64,000 nucleotides of DNA from an uncultured Acidimicrobiia bacterium (GCA_963790345.1 CAWBOD010000012.1:84188-148187); one strand, 5' to 3'. Shown: positions 1 to 10,385, numbered from the stretch's first letter. Translations and numbers: made by a program. Notes: generated by a model from the sequence alone, not told the origin.

Positions 1-116
1 AGCGACCTTGTGTCGCGAAGGTCGAGACCGCTGCCGGCAGCGACGGACCGACGGAATCCGTCGATGTTGCTGGCCGCGACTCGTTCCCGGGTGGGAGCCC
101 ACAACCGGTCGCTCAT
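1..116 (-). CDS. acetoacetate-CoA ligase-like enzyme, first ~38 codons only (gene runs off the window start)
   Basis: Reverse translation from the ATG at 116-114 gives MSDRLWAPTRERVAASNIDGFRRSVAAGSGLDLRDT, which resembles the conserved N-terminus of acetoacetyl-CoA synthetases. The ATG overlaps the upstream stop as ATGA. The fragment is short, so the family call is tentative. Confidence 0.45.
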   Translation of the reverse strand, partial: MSDRLWAPTRERVAASNIDGFRRSVAAGSGLDLRDTRS

Positions 117-836
117 GTGCCTGACTCGACTGCATCGGCGAAATCTTCAAGCGTCGAGAAACGCCATGACGGCTCGACGGGCGTCTGAGTGACCGGAGTT
201 GCACCGGGGTCGAGCCGATCGTGGCCGCGGTCGATCCATACCGACTCCATTCCATATCGCTGGGCTGGCTCGTGGTCGTGGTACAGGCTCTGGGCCACAT
301 GAAGGAGGCCGACGCGGTTCAATCCCATCTCCGGCAAGCTTGCAAACAGGGCCTGAAAATGAGGGGGCCGGGGCTTGTAGGCTCCGACGTCTTCAGCTGT
401 GATGACCTTGTCGAACCTGACATGTAGGCGCCGGTTGCTCGCAGCGAAGGACGCCCGGTCAACGTTGGATACAACGATCAACCGGAACCGCTCGGGAGAG
501 TCTGGCCAGAGCCGCGGCCGAATCGGCGAAGGCCGGCCAATCTCCCACCGATCTCCCGAATCTCACCGCATCCTCATCGTCGACTGGAACCCCAAGCCGG
601 GTGCCGATTCGCCTCAGGACCTCAGCCAGGACCTCCGGATACAGCATTGCCGGGGAGTGCTCTCCCTGGACCACTGTCTCGATTTCGGATACCAAGTGCA
701 GAAGTTGCACGTCTGAAACGTCTAGACCCGATCGATCGGCCCACTCCCTGAGGAAAACCGACATACCCTTTTCCCAATCGATCAGGGTGCCGTAACAGTC
801 GAAGCTGAGGGCCTGAAAGCGGGTGAACTCGTTCAC
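113..836 (-). CDS. HAD-superfamily hydrolase (2-haloacid dehalogenase-like), one frame break
   Basis: ORF 459..836 starts with the HAD motif I (FDCYGTLIDWE). ORF 113..481 carries the C-terminal HAD motifs (GAYKP, WIDR). The two join at about 470 (AVP|LIVVSNVD) if one base is removed. Confidence 0.8.
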
Positions 837-884
837 AACGCGACGAGGTTAGAAAACTTCGGACTAGACACCGTCAAAGCTGGC

Positions 885-1223
885 ATGGGGGGATCCTTTG
901 GGGGGAAAGGGCCAATAGACCCCTCCTCCTCAACCCGACCCGGGTTGTGCCGATATCGCCACATGTATCGAGTGTTCGTGGTTCCGACGGATGAATTCGC
1001 TCACAAGGAGTTGTGGCTCGACGCACATGCAGTCCGCGACACCGACGAGGGCGAATTCTGGGACTTCGTGGATCCGGAAGACCATCTGGTTCGCCGACTG
1101 GCGAAGAGCGGGGTGAAGTCGTTCGAAGTCACCGCTGATCGTCGTAAGCCGCGGCCTGGACTGGATTCATATCTGACCGACTGCCCGTTTGGCCGTCGGG
1201 ACTTGGACCAGCCTTCGGCCTAG
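885..1223 (+). CDS. hypothetical protein
   Basis: Only a 112-codon ORF. An internal ATG at 963 (MYRVFVVPTDEF...) is an alternative start. I recognise no family. Confidence 0.35.
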   Translation: MGGSFGGKGPIDPSSSTRPGLCRYRHMYRVFVVPTDEFAHKELWLDAHAVRDTDEGEFWDFVDPEDHLVRRLAKSGVKSFEVTADRRKPRPGLDSYLTDCPFGRRDLDQPSA

Positions 1224-1226
1224 CAA

Positions 1227-1270
1227 GGCTGCTGGCTGCTTCATCTGGCTGCTTCATCGGCTGCTTCATC
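1227..1270 (+). repeat. tandem 12-13 nt repeat (GGCTGCTTCATC) x3 plus a partial unit, starting 4 nt after the TAG of ORF 885..1223
   Basis: Direct reading: ggctgct ggctgcttcatct ggctgcttcatc ggctgcttcatc. Confidence 0.9.
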
Positions 1271-1617
1271 GGGCCAGCCGATTTGATCGGCAGCCGAGCA
1301 CCCCGAGGTATAGGCTTGCGAGGTCCGGGCCCGGCGCCGTTCTTCCCAATGGCACCGAGACAAGTACCCGGAAACGAGCAAACCCCCCGACCCGGAACCG
1401 GCCTGGGGGTTTGTCGTCCCCCTGGTCAGGGGTCCGTTGGGGTCCGTTGGGCTCGATGAGCATGGTTAACACTGTGAACTGTCGAATCGGCGCGCTATCG
1501 TTTCGATCTTGGTGGCTGCAAGGCCGCCATCGAGGAAGCCGGTGAGCGGGATGCTGCCGGCTTCTTCATTTGTTTCCTGGATCGGTAGTCCGACCGCAGC
1601 CGCGCGTGTGTCAGGTC

Positions 1618-2620
1618 CTAGCGCTTCTCGTTCAGGCCGAGGCGTTCCCGGCGGCCGCTCCATATGCCGAGGATGCCGAGAATTCCCGCCATGGCTGCGA
1701 CTAACGCCGTGCCGAGGACCGGGACACCGGTAAACGGAAGGCTCGTGACAGGCCCTGGGCCGCCCCCTCCTCCATTTGTCGGAGTCGCGGGGTTGCCGGC
1801 AGCAGTAGTGCGGGGGTGCCGGCAGCAGTAGTCACCGAGGTTGCCTCCGCCGGTCGTCGTCGTTGTCGCCCCTGCCAGTGTGGTGGTGGTGGTTCCGGCC
1901 AGGGTTGTAGTGGTAGTGACGGGTACCGCCTGAGCGCATGACAGCGCCGTGAAGGTGTCGTTATCCAACGTCACGGCTCCGTTCCTGGCCAATCGCGCGT
2001 CCCTGGACCGTGACGCCGTTTGTCACTGTGATCGAGGTAAGGGCCAGGATGTTGCCCACAAACGTGGAGCCGGTACCGAGAGTCGCCGAGCTGCCCACTT
2101 GCCAGAAGACGTTGCAGGCCTGGGCTCCCCCGATGAGCGACACCACGCTGCCTGAAGCTGTGGTGAGGGTTGAATCGGTTTGGAAGACGAAGACAGAGTT
2201 TGGATCCCCTTGCCCGTCGAGGGTCAAATTGCCGGTGAGACTCAGAGGTGCCTTGGATGACGCCGAATACACGCCTCCAACCAGGATCAGGTTGCCAAGA
2301 TCAGCGGTCGTGGTGGCGTTGGTTGGACGCCCGGCGGCATCCCCATAGGCGGCCGTCAGGGCGGCCTGGGCCTGCTGGGCCGCGGCGTTGGTCTGGTCTG
2401 TCGTGGCCGGTGGATTGACAACGCCCGGCGGGAATCCAGTGATGGACGTTCCTGGTGAAAGCCCGAGACTCCGATTGAGAACGCTGTTCCCGGTGTTGGT
2501 GACCGTCGACGCTCCCAATACCGAATAGTTGGCGGCTGTTCCAAGTTGAACAGTCGGGACGATCGCGGCTGTGGCCACCATTGCGACGGTGAGCAGGTTG
2601 ACCAAGGTCAAGGCGACCAC
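1618..2620 (-). CDS. DUF3494 (ice-binding-like) surface protein with LPXTG sortase signal, one frame break
   Basis: ORF 1961..2620 has a signal anchor and the typical DUF3494 start (LGTAANYSVLGASTVTNTG ... VFWQVGSSATLG ... GNILALTSIT). ORF 1618..1992 continues with ARNGAVTLDN, a T-rich linker, LPFTG, a hydrophobic stretch and an RRER tail. The frames join near 1985. Confidence 0.85.
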
Positions 2621-3306
2621 GGAACCCGATGAAGACGGAAATGGATGACAAACGAAGCCCCTGCATAGGACGACATTTCAGAGGCTGTTGAGGTTGCATG
2701 AATATCTATCGGCGTCTGTGCAGAGACAGGGAGGCTTATCGAAGACAACTCATAATCTGGTCCTTTTGGACCTTTGAAACGGCGTTGGTTGCAGGGTTCT
2801 GCGAAGGAGCCGGGCGGCCACGGGAAATGTCATCGTGGGGTGTCCAGGTCTGCGAATCCGGGATCGCGAGCCATCGACCTAGGGACCATCGAGCGCCCGA
2901 GTACGCGAAAAGAGCCCTCCCGACCGAAGGCGCACCCACCTAATCTGATCGTACCGGGGGACCGATTCACCTCTCAGCGGGCGATCGCTCACGATCGGAG
3001 TCCTACCCGCCCCGGGTGAACTCGATCCCCTGTCCCCACCGCGGCGCACCAGATTGTCGCATCGTGTGGCTGGCTCGTTACCAAAGAATGGAAACGGCCC
3101 GGGCCCTCGGGCGAACCCAAAGACCCGGACCTACTTTGCGACGTTCGGCAGGCCCGAAACAGCTGGAGAGCTGAAAGTCGTTTGGCCCACCGGTCGACCA
3201 CCGATTACCCCCCAGTTGGTCTCGTCAAACGTGGTGTGAGGCCGGGCTGGATCGATCGGGGGAACCCGAGGCGTCATTCGATAGATTCGAGGAGAGGAGT
3301 GATCCG

Positions 3307-3711
3307 ATGCTTGACGCAGAACTGAGGGCGCAACTGGAACGCCACTGGGAGTACGCCGGCCACGACGAGGACATCGCCCATGAGGTCTACGCCGAGGACG
3401 CCGTCCTGGAGTTCCCTCAAAGTGGGGAGCGTTTTGAAGGCGTCGAGAACTTCAGGGAGTGGCGCCGACAGTACCCGGCTCGACTGGCCTTCAAGATTCG
3501 CCGCATGGATAGGTCGGGCGACCTTGTGGTAGCCGAGAATTTGATCAGCTACGACGGCGCAGAGCCCATGTACACGGTCCACTTGATCGAACTCAATGCC
3601 GACGACAAGATCGTCCACGAGCGGGTCTACATCACGGAAGGATGGGAAGCGCCCGAATGGCGATCACCGTGGCGCTCGGATACTCCAGCCGACTCGGTCA
3701 CATGGGGGTAG
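3307..3711 (+). CDS. SnoaL/NTF2-like fold protein
   Basis: Intact 134-aa ORF with a strong SD (gaggagaggag) 7 nt upstream. Size and sequence are typical of ketosteroid-isomerase/SnoaL-like proteins. Confidence 0.7.
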   Translation: MLDAELRAQLERHWEYAGHDEDIAHEVYAEDAVLEFPQSGERFEGVENFREWRRQYPARLAFKIRRMDRSGDLVVAENLISYDGAEPMYTVHLIELNADDKIVHERVYITEGWEAPEWRSPWRSDTPADSVTWG

Positions 3712-3761
3712 CCGGCCATTAGATCGACGACCGTCGTCGTGCTCGGTCCGGTCCGACCGTG

Positions 3762-6700
3762 CTAGCGATCACGACCTACCCGGCCGACCCGGTGGCTTCT
3801 CCCCCCTTCTTGCGTGGAGATCTGGAGCCGGGGCACGTCATCTCCGCGCCAGAAGGGAGGGATCTCGCCGCTGATGATCTCCGCTCTGAGCTTTTCCAAC
3901 TCGGGGACCAGGTCGTCGATAAAGCCGCCGCTGGTCGAATAGCCCACACCGCCTGCTGCCAAGCTCGAGCAGGTGAATGCCGGGCTCAAAACGGCCACGG
4001 GCGAAGTCGGTCACCGCCATATACGCGGCATCCTCCCAAGGTAGGAGGGCCGACGTGAGGATGTGGGGCCTCTCCTCCAACTCGGCGAACCGGTACTCGT
4101 CATAGTCGACCCCGATCATCCAGAGGTGACGCCCGAGCTCCTGGCTGACTTTGCGAGCAGCGGCTGCCACGCCCCACCCAGACTCGCCGGCGGCGTGGAA
4201 GACGATGTCGACCCCTCCCCGGTAGAGCCCGGCCGACCTCAGCTCGCCGAGGGCCGGACTCGACCAACCGCTGTAGTCAGGCGGGACGCTGAGGAAAATC
4301 GACTCGATCTCCACCGATTGGGTCGACATGACGGGCACCGGCTTCAAAACCGGCCAGGAACGTACGGATGAACGGATCATCAACCCCTCCGACGAAGCCG
4401 ACCTTTCTCGTCGCGCTGCGGAGAGCGGCGGCAGCCCCCACCAAGAAGGATCCCTGCTCACGGGCAAACACGTAATAGGACACGTTCTCACAATCGGGGT
4501 GAAGGTCTTCCACAAAAGCGAACCTTGTTTCGGGAAATCGGCTGCCAACATCGCAAGGATCGGCCTGGTCGTTGGGTGTCAGCGCAGTGAGGACTAGCCC
4601 GGCTCCCCGTGCGGCATAACGTTCCAGTTCCTCGGCCAGATTGAGAGGGATGACTTTCTCGGAGGTCAGTCCCAACTCGGTGACTGCCCGATCGAATCCT
4701 TGCTCGACCATGAGATGTAAGGGACTGAGCACGTGCCCGGGCCACAACAGGACCGCCTCGGGCGGCCCGACGAACGCACCCCGGGCGACTCGCTCGAGTG
4801 CATGTTCCCGTTCCTGGCGGGCTTTCTCGTGTGCCTCGTGAATCCGTTTCAGGTCGAGGGAGGCGTCCAGGTATTGGCGTTGGCTGGTGGTGAGCCGGAG
4901 GGTGGTCTCTTGGCTCCAATTCCCATACTGGGCGAGCCGGCCACCGGAGAGCAGATAGTCGGGGTCGCGACCTGATTCCTCCCATTCGGCCACCGCCAGG
5001 TTGAGAGCCTCGTAGCGGAGGAGGTCCTGGCGGTGGCCTTCGATAGAAGCCGCCAGACGGGGCCACTCCCGCAGCAACGCCTCATGGGCGACTTCGACAG
5101 TGGCCGCCCCCGAGGTCAGGTCCCGGTCGAGGGTGATCAAACGGTTGGTGCTGAAGACCTCCAACACATGGCCAAGCGCGACAGGATCCATCTCCAAACC
5201 CAACAGCTCCGAGACCGCCACTCGCCGCCGTCCCAGGTCGGCGCCGTGGCCGAGCCGCACCAGCCGCAACAGCACCTGGTCGGCGGCCTCCTGCTCCACC
5301 CGAGACAGGCTTTGGAAGGCGTCTTCGGAGCGCCCGGCCAGGGCACCCTTCAAAGCTCCCGCCCGCCGATAGGCGTCCAAACCCAGAATCGGGCCCTCCC
5401 GCAGCTCGAAGGTCTCGGTCAACGCATACTGGAGAAGCGGCAAAGCCCCTGGCTGGTCGGCCATCTCCGCGACCAGCTCGACCAGCAGAGCCGGATCCAC
5501 CTCCAATCCCACCCGGCCGGCCGGGTTCACCACCGCCGCCTCCACCTCGCTCGGGCTGAGCGGAAGCAGGGTGACCAGCGAATTGACGAACAAGGCGGCA
5601 AATCCCGGGTGGAGGAGGGGCCGGTCGTAGAAGTCGGCCCGGAGGGCCACCACCACCGACACCCGCCGCCTCGGGTCGGCCAAGGCCGTGACGAGAGTGT
5701 CCAAGAACTGGCGACGTTCCTCCTCGCCGACGAGGGCGAACAGCTCCTCGAACTGATCGACCACCAGGAGCAGGCGGCCGCCCTCCGAAGCGAGGACCTT
5801 GGGGACCGCTGCCAGCAGGGCGGTGTCGCCGCCTCACCGAGGGCGACCAGGTGCCCACCCGGCGTCGCCCGGTGGAGAGCTGTCTCCAACTCGTCGAAGG
5901 GACGCAACCCCGGCATCATCTGCGCCACCACCCACCCGGAGCCGCCCGCCCGAAGCGTCGGAACCAACCCGGCCCGGACGAGGGACGACTTCCCACACCC
6001 CGACGGCCCGGTCACCACCAAAAGCCGCTGCCCCTCCCCTAACCGCCGAGCCAGGTCGGCCACCAGCGGACCCCTTCCGAAATAGTCTTCTGCGTCGGCC
6101 TCCCCGAAGGGCCGCAGACCCTTGTAAGGGTTGCGGACGATCCCGCCCGACACGGCCCGCTCGGCGGCAGGAAAGGATCCCGGGAGTGATGGATCCTGGA
6201 GCAGGATCTGCTCCTCCAACCGTTGCAACTGCCCGGAAGGGGCGATGCCCAACTCATCACCGAGCAGCCTTCGATAGGTCTGGAAGGAACGCAGCGCGTC
6301 GGCTTGGCGGCCGGCGGAGTAGAGAGCCAGCATGTGGAGACGGCGTGGCTCCTCGGCCAGTGGATTCCGACCGATCAGCTCCTCCAGTTGCGGGATCAAC
6401 AGGCGGCCCCTCCCCAATTCCAGCTCAACGCGGGCCAGCTCCTCGATCGCCAGCCGCCGCCGCTCCTCCAGCCGGCGGATGTCGCTTTGGGCGAACTGCT
6501 CGTAGACGAATTCGGAAAGGGCCGGACCCCTCCACAACTCGAGTGCGCCACGCAGCCGATCGGCCCCGGCGGAAAGACTGCCCTCAGCGATTTCGGCCAG
6601 CGCCGCATCAACTTCCCGCTCGAAGCGGCGGGCGTCCACAGAGGCAGGATCTGCATCCAACACGTAGCCGGGCGGCTTGGTGAGAATGGAAGCGCCGTGC

Positions 6701-6924
6701 GGACCCAACACCTTGCGCAGGTCCGAGACATAGATCTGCACCGAGTGTGCGGCGGTGCGAGGAGCCCCTTCACCCCACACCAACTCGATCAGCCGCTCGG
6801 TGGGAACCACCTCCCTGAGGTGGAGAAGGAGCACCGCCAGCAGGGCCCGTTGCTTGGGAGGGCCTAGCTCGATCGGGCCCCCATCCACCTCGGCGTCCAG
6901 TGTGCCGAGAATTCGGAACTGCAC
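3762..6924 (-). CDS. SARP (OmpR-wHTH + BTAD) - STAND P-loop NTPase - BMP-type periplasmic-binding-protein fusion regulator, at least 3 frame breaks
   Basis: ORF 5527..7077 has a GTG start at 6924 (VQFRILG). It carries a wHTH, BTAD (ALELWRGPALSEF ... LYSAGRQADALRSFQ) and NPYKGLRPFGEADAEDYFGR ... VVTGPSGCGKSSLVRAGLVP (Walker A). ORF 4277..5764 holds the STAND helical modules, then KVGFVGGVDDPFIRTFLAGFEAGARHV. ORFs 3838..4551 and 3762..3998 hold VDIVFHAAGESGWGVAAAA ... WMIGVDYDEY ... GVGYSTSGGFIDD, which are BMP/PnrA-family motifs. Confidence 0.8.
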
Positions 6925-7045
6925 AGGTCTCTTCTCTTCCTCTGTCAATCGGGAACTTACGCGGGTCGCCACTGGGCGGCGAGCCGGCACATCACCGACC
7001 CGCCCCAGTGTTCTCGGAGTCGTGGGACAGGTTAAGGCCTCCTTA

Positions 7046-7546
7046 TCAGTCGGCTCCGTAGAACTCGCCCATCGCAACCGAGCGGGTGATCAGCCGATCC
7101 AGGAGCTCACTCTCGGTTGGCGTGTTGTAGAACTCGTCCATCGCTTGAGAACGGGCGATCAGCCTCTCCAACCGCTCGGCCCCGAACTGCCCTTGGTAGA
7201 ACAGGTCCATCGCCTGCGACCGGTCAATCAGCCTCTCCAACCGCTCGGCCTCGAGCTGCCCTTGGTAGAACTCGTCCATCGCAACCGATCGGGCAGTCAA
7301 CCTCTCCAACCGCTGGGCCTCGAGCTGCCCCTGGTAGAACAGGTCCATCGCCTGGGAGCGGGCCACCGTGGCCTCCATCCTTTGAGTCTCGGCCCGGTTT
7401 GATGCCACTTCGAAGGCCAACCAGCCGCCCAGGACCACGATCAGGGCTGCGACCGCCACGATCCACCCGATCCGCTTCTTGACGCCGACCGGCGGCTCGA
7501 CAACCAGGGTGGTGTCTTTCTTGTCCAACAGCTGAGTCATTTCCAA
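7046..7546 (-). CDS. single-pass membrane protein with five tandem 23-aa repeats
   Basis: Intact 166-aa ORF with an N-terminal TM segment (IGWIVAVAALIVVLGGWLAF). It is followed by 4.5 copies of xRSxAMDxFYxGQLEAxRLERLx. I recognise no family. Confidence 0.7.
   Translation of the reverse strand: MEMTQLLDKKDTTLVVEPPVGVKKRIGWIVAVAALIVVLGGWLAFEVASNRAETQRMEATVARSQAMDLFYQGQLEAQRLERLTARSVAMDEFYQGQLEAERLERLIDRSQAMDLFYQGQFGAERLERLIARSQAMDEFYNTPTESELLDRLITRSVAMGEFYGAD
7057..7401 (-). repeat. 69-bp tandem repeat x5 (coding repeat of the gene 7046..7546)
   Basis: Units start at 7057, 7126, 7195, 7264 and 7333, each beginning gtagaac(t/a)(c/g)g(t/c)ccatcgc on the + strand. Confidence 0.9.
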
Positions 7547-7869
7547 CCTCCTCGTCGGTGTCCGCTGCTGTCGACACCATGCCGGACGCCGCTCAACGGC
7601 CAGTTGAGGCCGGCTCTACATCGGCTCTATGCCCGTCTTAGACGGCTATATGCGAGGAGACGGAGGCAAGGCTCGGACCTGGGTCATGCCGAATCGGAGT
7701 GGCCGTGATCGCTCGCCTTTTGGGGAGGTACCAGAAACGCTGACAGAAGCCACGATTGCCCAGTCAAGTACGCCTGGTCTAAAAGCCTTTGTCGGCGCTT
7801 CGGCAGTGTCCCTGTCAGGATTCCGATCCGGGTGGACAACAAAGGGCGATCACCCAGGCGATCTCGGGG

Positions 7870-8427
7870 ATGGAAATGACGGACGGCACGGGCAACGCAG
7901 AACTTCAGGAGGCCTTTCGGAGCCACTACGACGAAGTGCTCGCGTATTGCGCTCGTCGAATCGGTCGCAACGAGGCCGAGGATGCAGCGGCGGACGTCTT
8001 CGCTATTGCCTCGCGCCGGGTGAATGAAATCGATTGGCAGACAGCCCGACCGTGGCTGTACGGGATAGCGCGAGGGGTATTGGCCAACCGTTGGCGATCT
8101 CAACGTCGCCGCCTGCGCTTGATGGGACACCTCGCGGGTCAAACCATCTCACGTGATGATCGACCGGACGATGTCCTGGTGCGCCGGGTCGAGGAACTCG
8201 AAGCGATCAGGGCTCTCGACCACATGCGGCCGGCCGATCGCGAAGTACTGATGCTGTCGGCGTGGGAAGACCTGACCGGTCCCCAGATCGCCCGAGTGCT
8301 TGGGCTGTCGGTCTCGGCGGCAGAACAACGTCTGCACCGGGCCAAACATCGCTTCGCTCGCGCTCTCCAACTGGCGTCTTCGTCGGCTAAGCCTGAGCTC
8401 AAACTCAATAACGAAGGAAGCAACTGA
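7870..8427 (+). CDS. ECF-type RNA polymerase sigma-70 family factor
   Basis: Region 2 (FRSHYDEVLAYCARRIG ... DVFAIASRR) and region 4 (EVLMLSAWEDLTGPQIARVLGLSVSAAEQRLHRAKHRF) are present. The ORF opens at 7789, but the probable start is the ATG at 7870 (MEMTDGTGNAELQEAF). Confidence 0.85.
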   Translation: MEMTDGTGNAELQEAFRSHYDEVLAYCARRIGRNEAEDAAADVFAIASRRVNEIDWQTARPWLYGIARGVLANRWRSQRRRLRLMGHLAGQTISRDDRPDDVLVRRVEELEAIRALDHMRPADREVLMLSAWEDLTGPQIARVLGLSVSAAEQRLHRAKHRFARALQLASSSAKPELKLNNEGSN

Positions 8428-9226
8428 TGTCGGTCGAGGCTGCCTTTCAGCAACTACGTCGGGCCAACCCGGAGCCAGACCCCACGGCGCTGCGACGCCA
8501 GTTGCAGGACCAGTCCAGCCCACATTCACCGATCGCACGAAGGAGCGACATTGTGGACACCCGCACCCCCACCATCGAGAAGCCACAGTCGAAACAAAGT
8601 CGTCGATGGGCACCTGCATTCGTCGCCGCGTTGGTCGTGCTGTTGATCGGTGTCCCTTTGTTCTTGACCCGAGACAGCGGAGACGTGTTCGGGCTCTTCC
8701 GGCAGACCCCCGTGGAGATTGCCGAGGCCTACATGGAGGCTCGTAACGCTTACGACGCTGAGGCAGCACGATCACTCCTTGCCGAGGATGTGGTCATGAG
8801 GGACCAACCGATGATTCGTGACCTCGGTGAGCTCAGCGCTGGGTTCGAGGTAAATCGGTTGCTCGGAATTCCAGTTCTCCCCGTACGAATGCATTGAAAG
8901 CACGCGGACCGCCGACCCAGGTTGTCTGCACCTACCTGATGGATTCCAAGAACTCAGCACGTCGTGGGCTATCCGCCGGTAACGGTAGTTTCGTCTTCAC
9001 TGTATCTGACGGTCGTATTGTTGCCCTCACCCACAATTTCAACTTCACGGAATACGGGGCGAACGTCTTCGAAAAGTTCGCGGCTTGGCTGGATGCCGAG
9101 CACCCGGGGGCCTTTGATCAGCTTTATCGAAACGAGAACGGCACGACCACGGCACGGCTTACGCCGGAAGCGCTTCAACTCTTAGATACATATCTGACAG
9201 AGTACGACGAAGCGGTCAACGGGTAG
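8427..9226 (+). CDS. sigma-coupled single-pass membrane protein with NTF2/SnoaL-like ectodomain (putative anti-sigma partner), one frame break
   Basis: The ATG overlaps the sigma stop (ACTGATG). The N-terminus FQQLRRANPEPDP is typical of proteins that follow actinobacterial ECF sigmas. It has a TM segment (WAPAFVAALVVLLIGVPLFL). ORF 8894..9226 continues the domain after a break near 8890. Confidence 0.6.
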
Positions 9227-9314
9227 GCGGGAGTTGACCCGCTCCGAAACCATTCATATGGAAGTCTTGGGCGTCCGCGGCGACGGCGCCGCCCCAGACT
9301 GAGGAGGTTCGCTG

Positions 9315-10385
9315 ATGCGACTATTCGCAAAGCCGGTCGTACTGGTCGTTCTACTCCTGGCGGCGTGTAGCCCGTTTGCGACCCCCACGGCCAGCCCCGC
9401 TACTAGTGCGAGTCCCACAACGCCCGGGTCAACTCCGGGGGCCAGTGGGTCGCCGTCGACGCCTGCCAGCCTGACTTCGCCGCCCATGTGGATCGACACG
9501 ACGCCCTGGACGACCTTCTTTTCGGACCGCTATGAATTCAGCATGGGTTATCCGTCCGACTGGACCGTGGTGCCCGCTGACCATGACTGGACCCTGGCGG
9601 AGGACGCCAATAATTGGCTGAGTACGGGTCATGAAGTCTTTCTTTCGCCGGCCCAGGACATCCGGGTCAGCGTCTGGGAAGTTCATGGCGGCACGACGCT
9701 ACAGGAGCAGTTTCATGCTATCGAGGCGTGGGTGGTCGACGAGTACTGCCCGCAGACGAACGATCCCTCTTGTACCGGGATCCACGATCGGGCCGTACCC
9801 CTATGTATCGAGACGTGGGACTGTCACCCCGGGCTCATGGTGCCGTTTGAGAGCGATCTCCAGGCTTTCCTCAGGGCCGGAGTCATTGGAACGGACATGC
9901 GTGTCGTCGCGGTCTGGCGGCCCGAGTCCCACCCGTCCGTGGATCCGTACGGTGGCGCCCAGCGGCTTCTCGAATCCTTCCTTTACACGATGGAGGTGTG
10001 CCCTCGGCTGGATCGCACACCACAGGGTTGCCCTAGCCCGATCGTCACGATGTCCGATGCGAACGAATTCCTGGTCAGAGGAAGTGGGCATACTCTCTAT
10101 GTCTTCACACCGGACAATCAGGGTGAGCCAACCTGTTATGACAGGTGTGCCGCGGGCTGGTTACCGGTTGAGTGGAGGGCCGTGGCCGGGAAGGGAGTGG
10201 ACGAATCTCTGCTCGGCACTACCACCCGTTCGGATGGAACAGTGCAGGCAACCTATAACGGCTGGCCGCTTTACACCCGCACCGCCGACCTGTTCCCAGG
10301 GCATCGCAAGGGCCAGGGCATAGACGACTTGTGGTGGGTCATCGACGCGAACGGCAACACCAACCAGTCCGTCCCGAGCAATTAG
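9315..10385 (+). CDS. lipoprotein with C-terminal COG4315-type (Yx[FWY]xxD repeat) domain
   Basis: Lipobox LLLAAC after the signal peptide, with SD gaggagg upstream. The C-terminus reads GHTLYVFTPDNQGEPTCYDRCAAGWLP ... ATYNGWPLYTRTAD ... WWVIDANG. Intact 356 aa. Confidence 0.75.
   Translation: MRLFAKPVVLVVLLLAACSPFATPTASPATSASPTTPGSTPGASGSPSTPASLTSPPMWIDTTPWTTFFSDRYEFSMGYPSDWTVVPADHDWTLAEDANNWLSTGHEVFLSPAQDIRVSVWEVHGGTTLQEQFHAIEAWVVDEYCPQTNDPSCTGIHDRAVPLCIETWDCHPGLMVPFESDLQAFLRAGVIGTDMRVVAVWRPESHPSVDPYGGAQRLLESFLYTMEVCPRLDRTPQGCPSPIVTMSDANEFLVRGSGHTLYVFTPDNQGEPTCYDRCAAGWLPVEWRAVAGKGVDESLLGTTTRSDGTVQATYNGWPLYTRTADLFPGHRKGQGIDDLWWVIDANGNTNQSVPSN

Noticed and set aside
5033-6085. 350-aa + strand ORF (and 5799..6683, 6223..6867) opposite the SARP-STAND gene
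   Set aside because: The products are Arg/Pro/Gly-rich and low in complexity, and lie antisense to a gene with clear domain homology. These are typical shadow ORFs of high-GC DNA.
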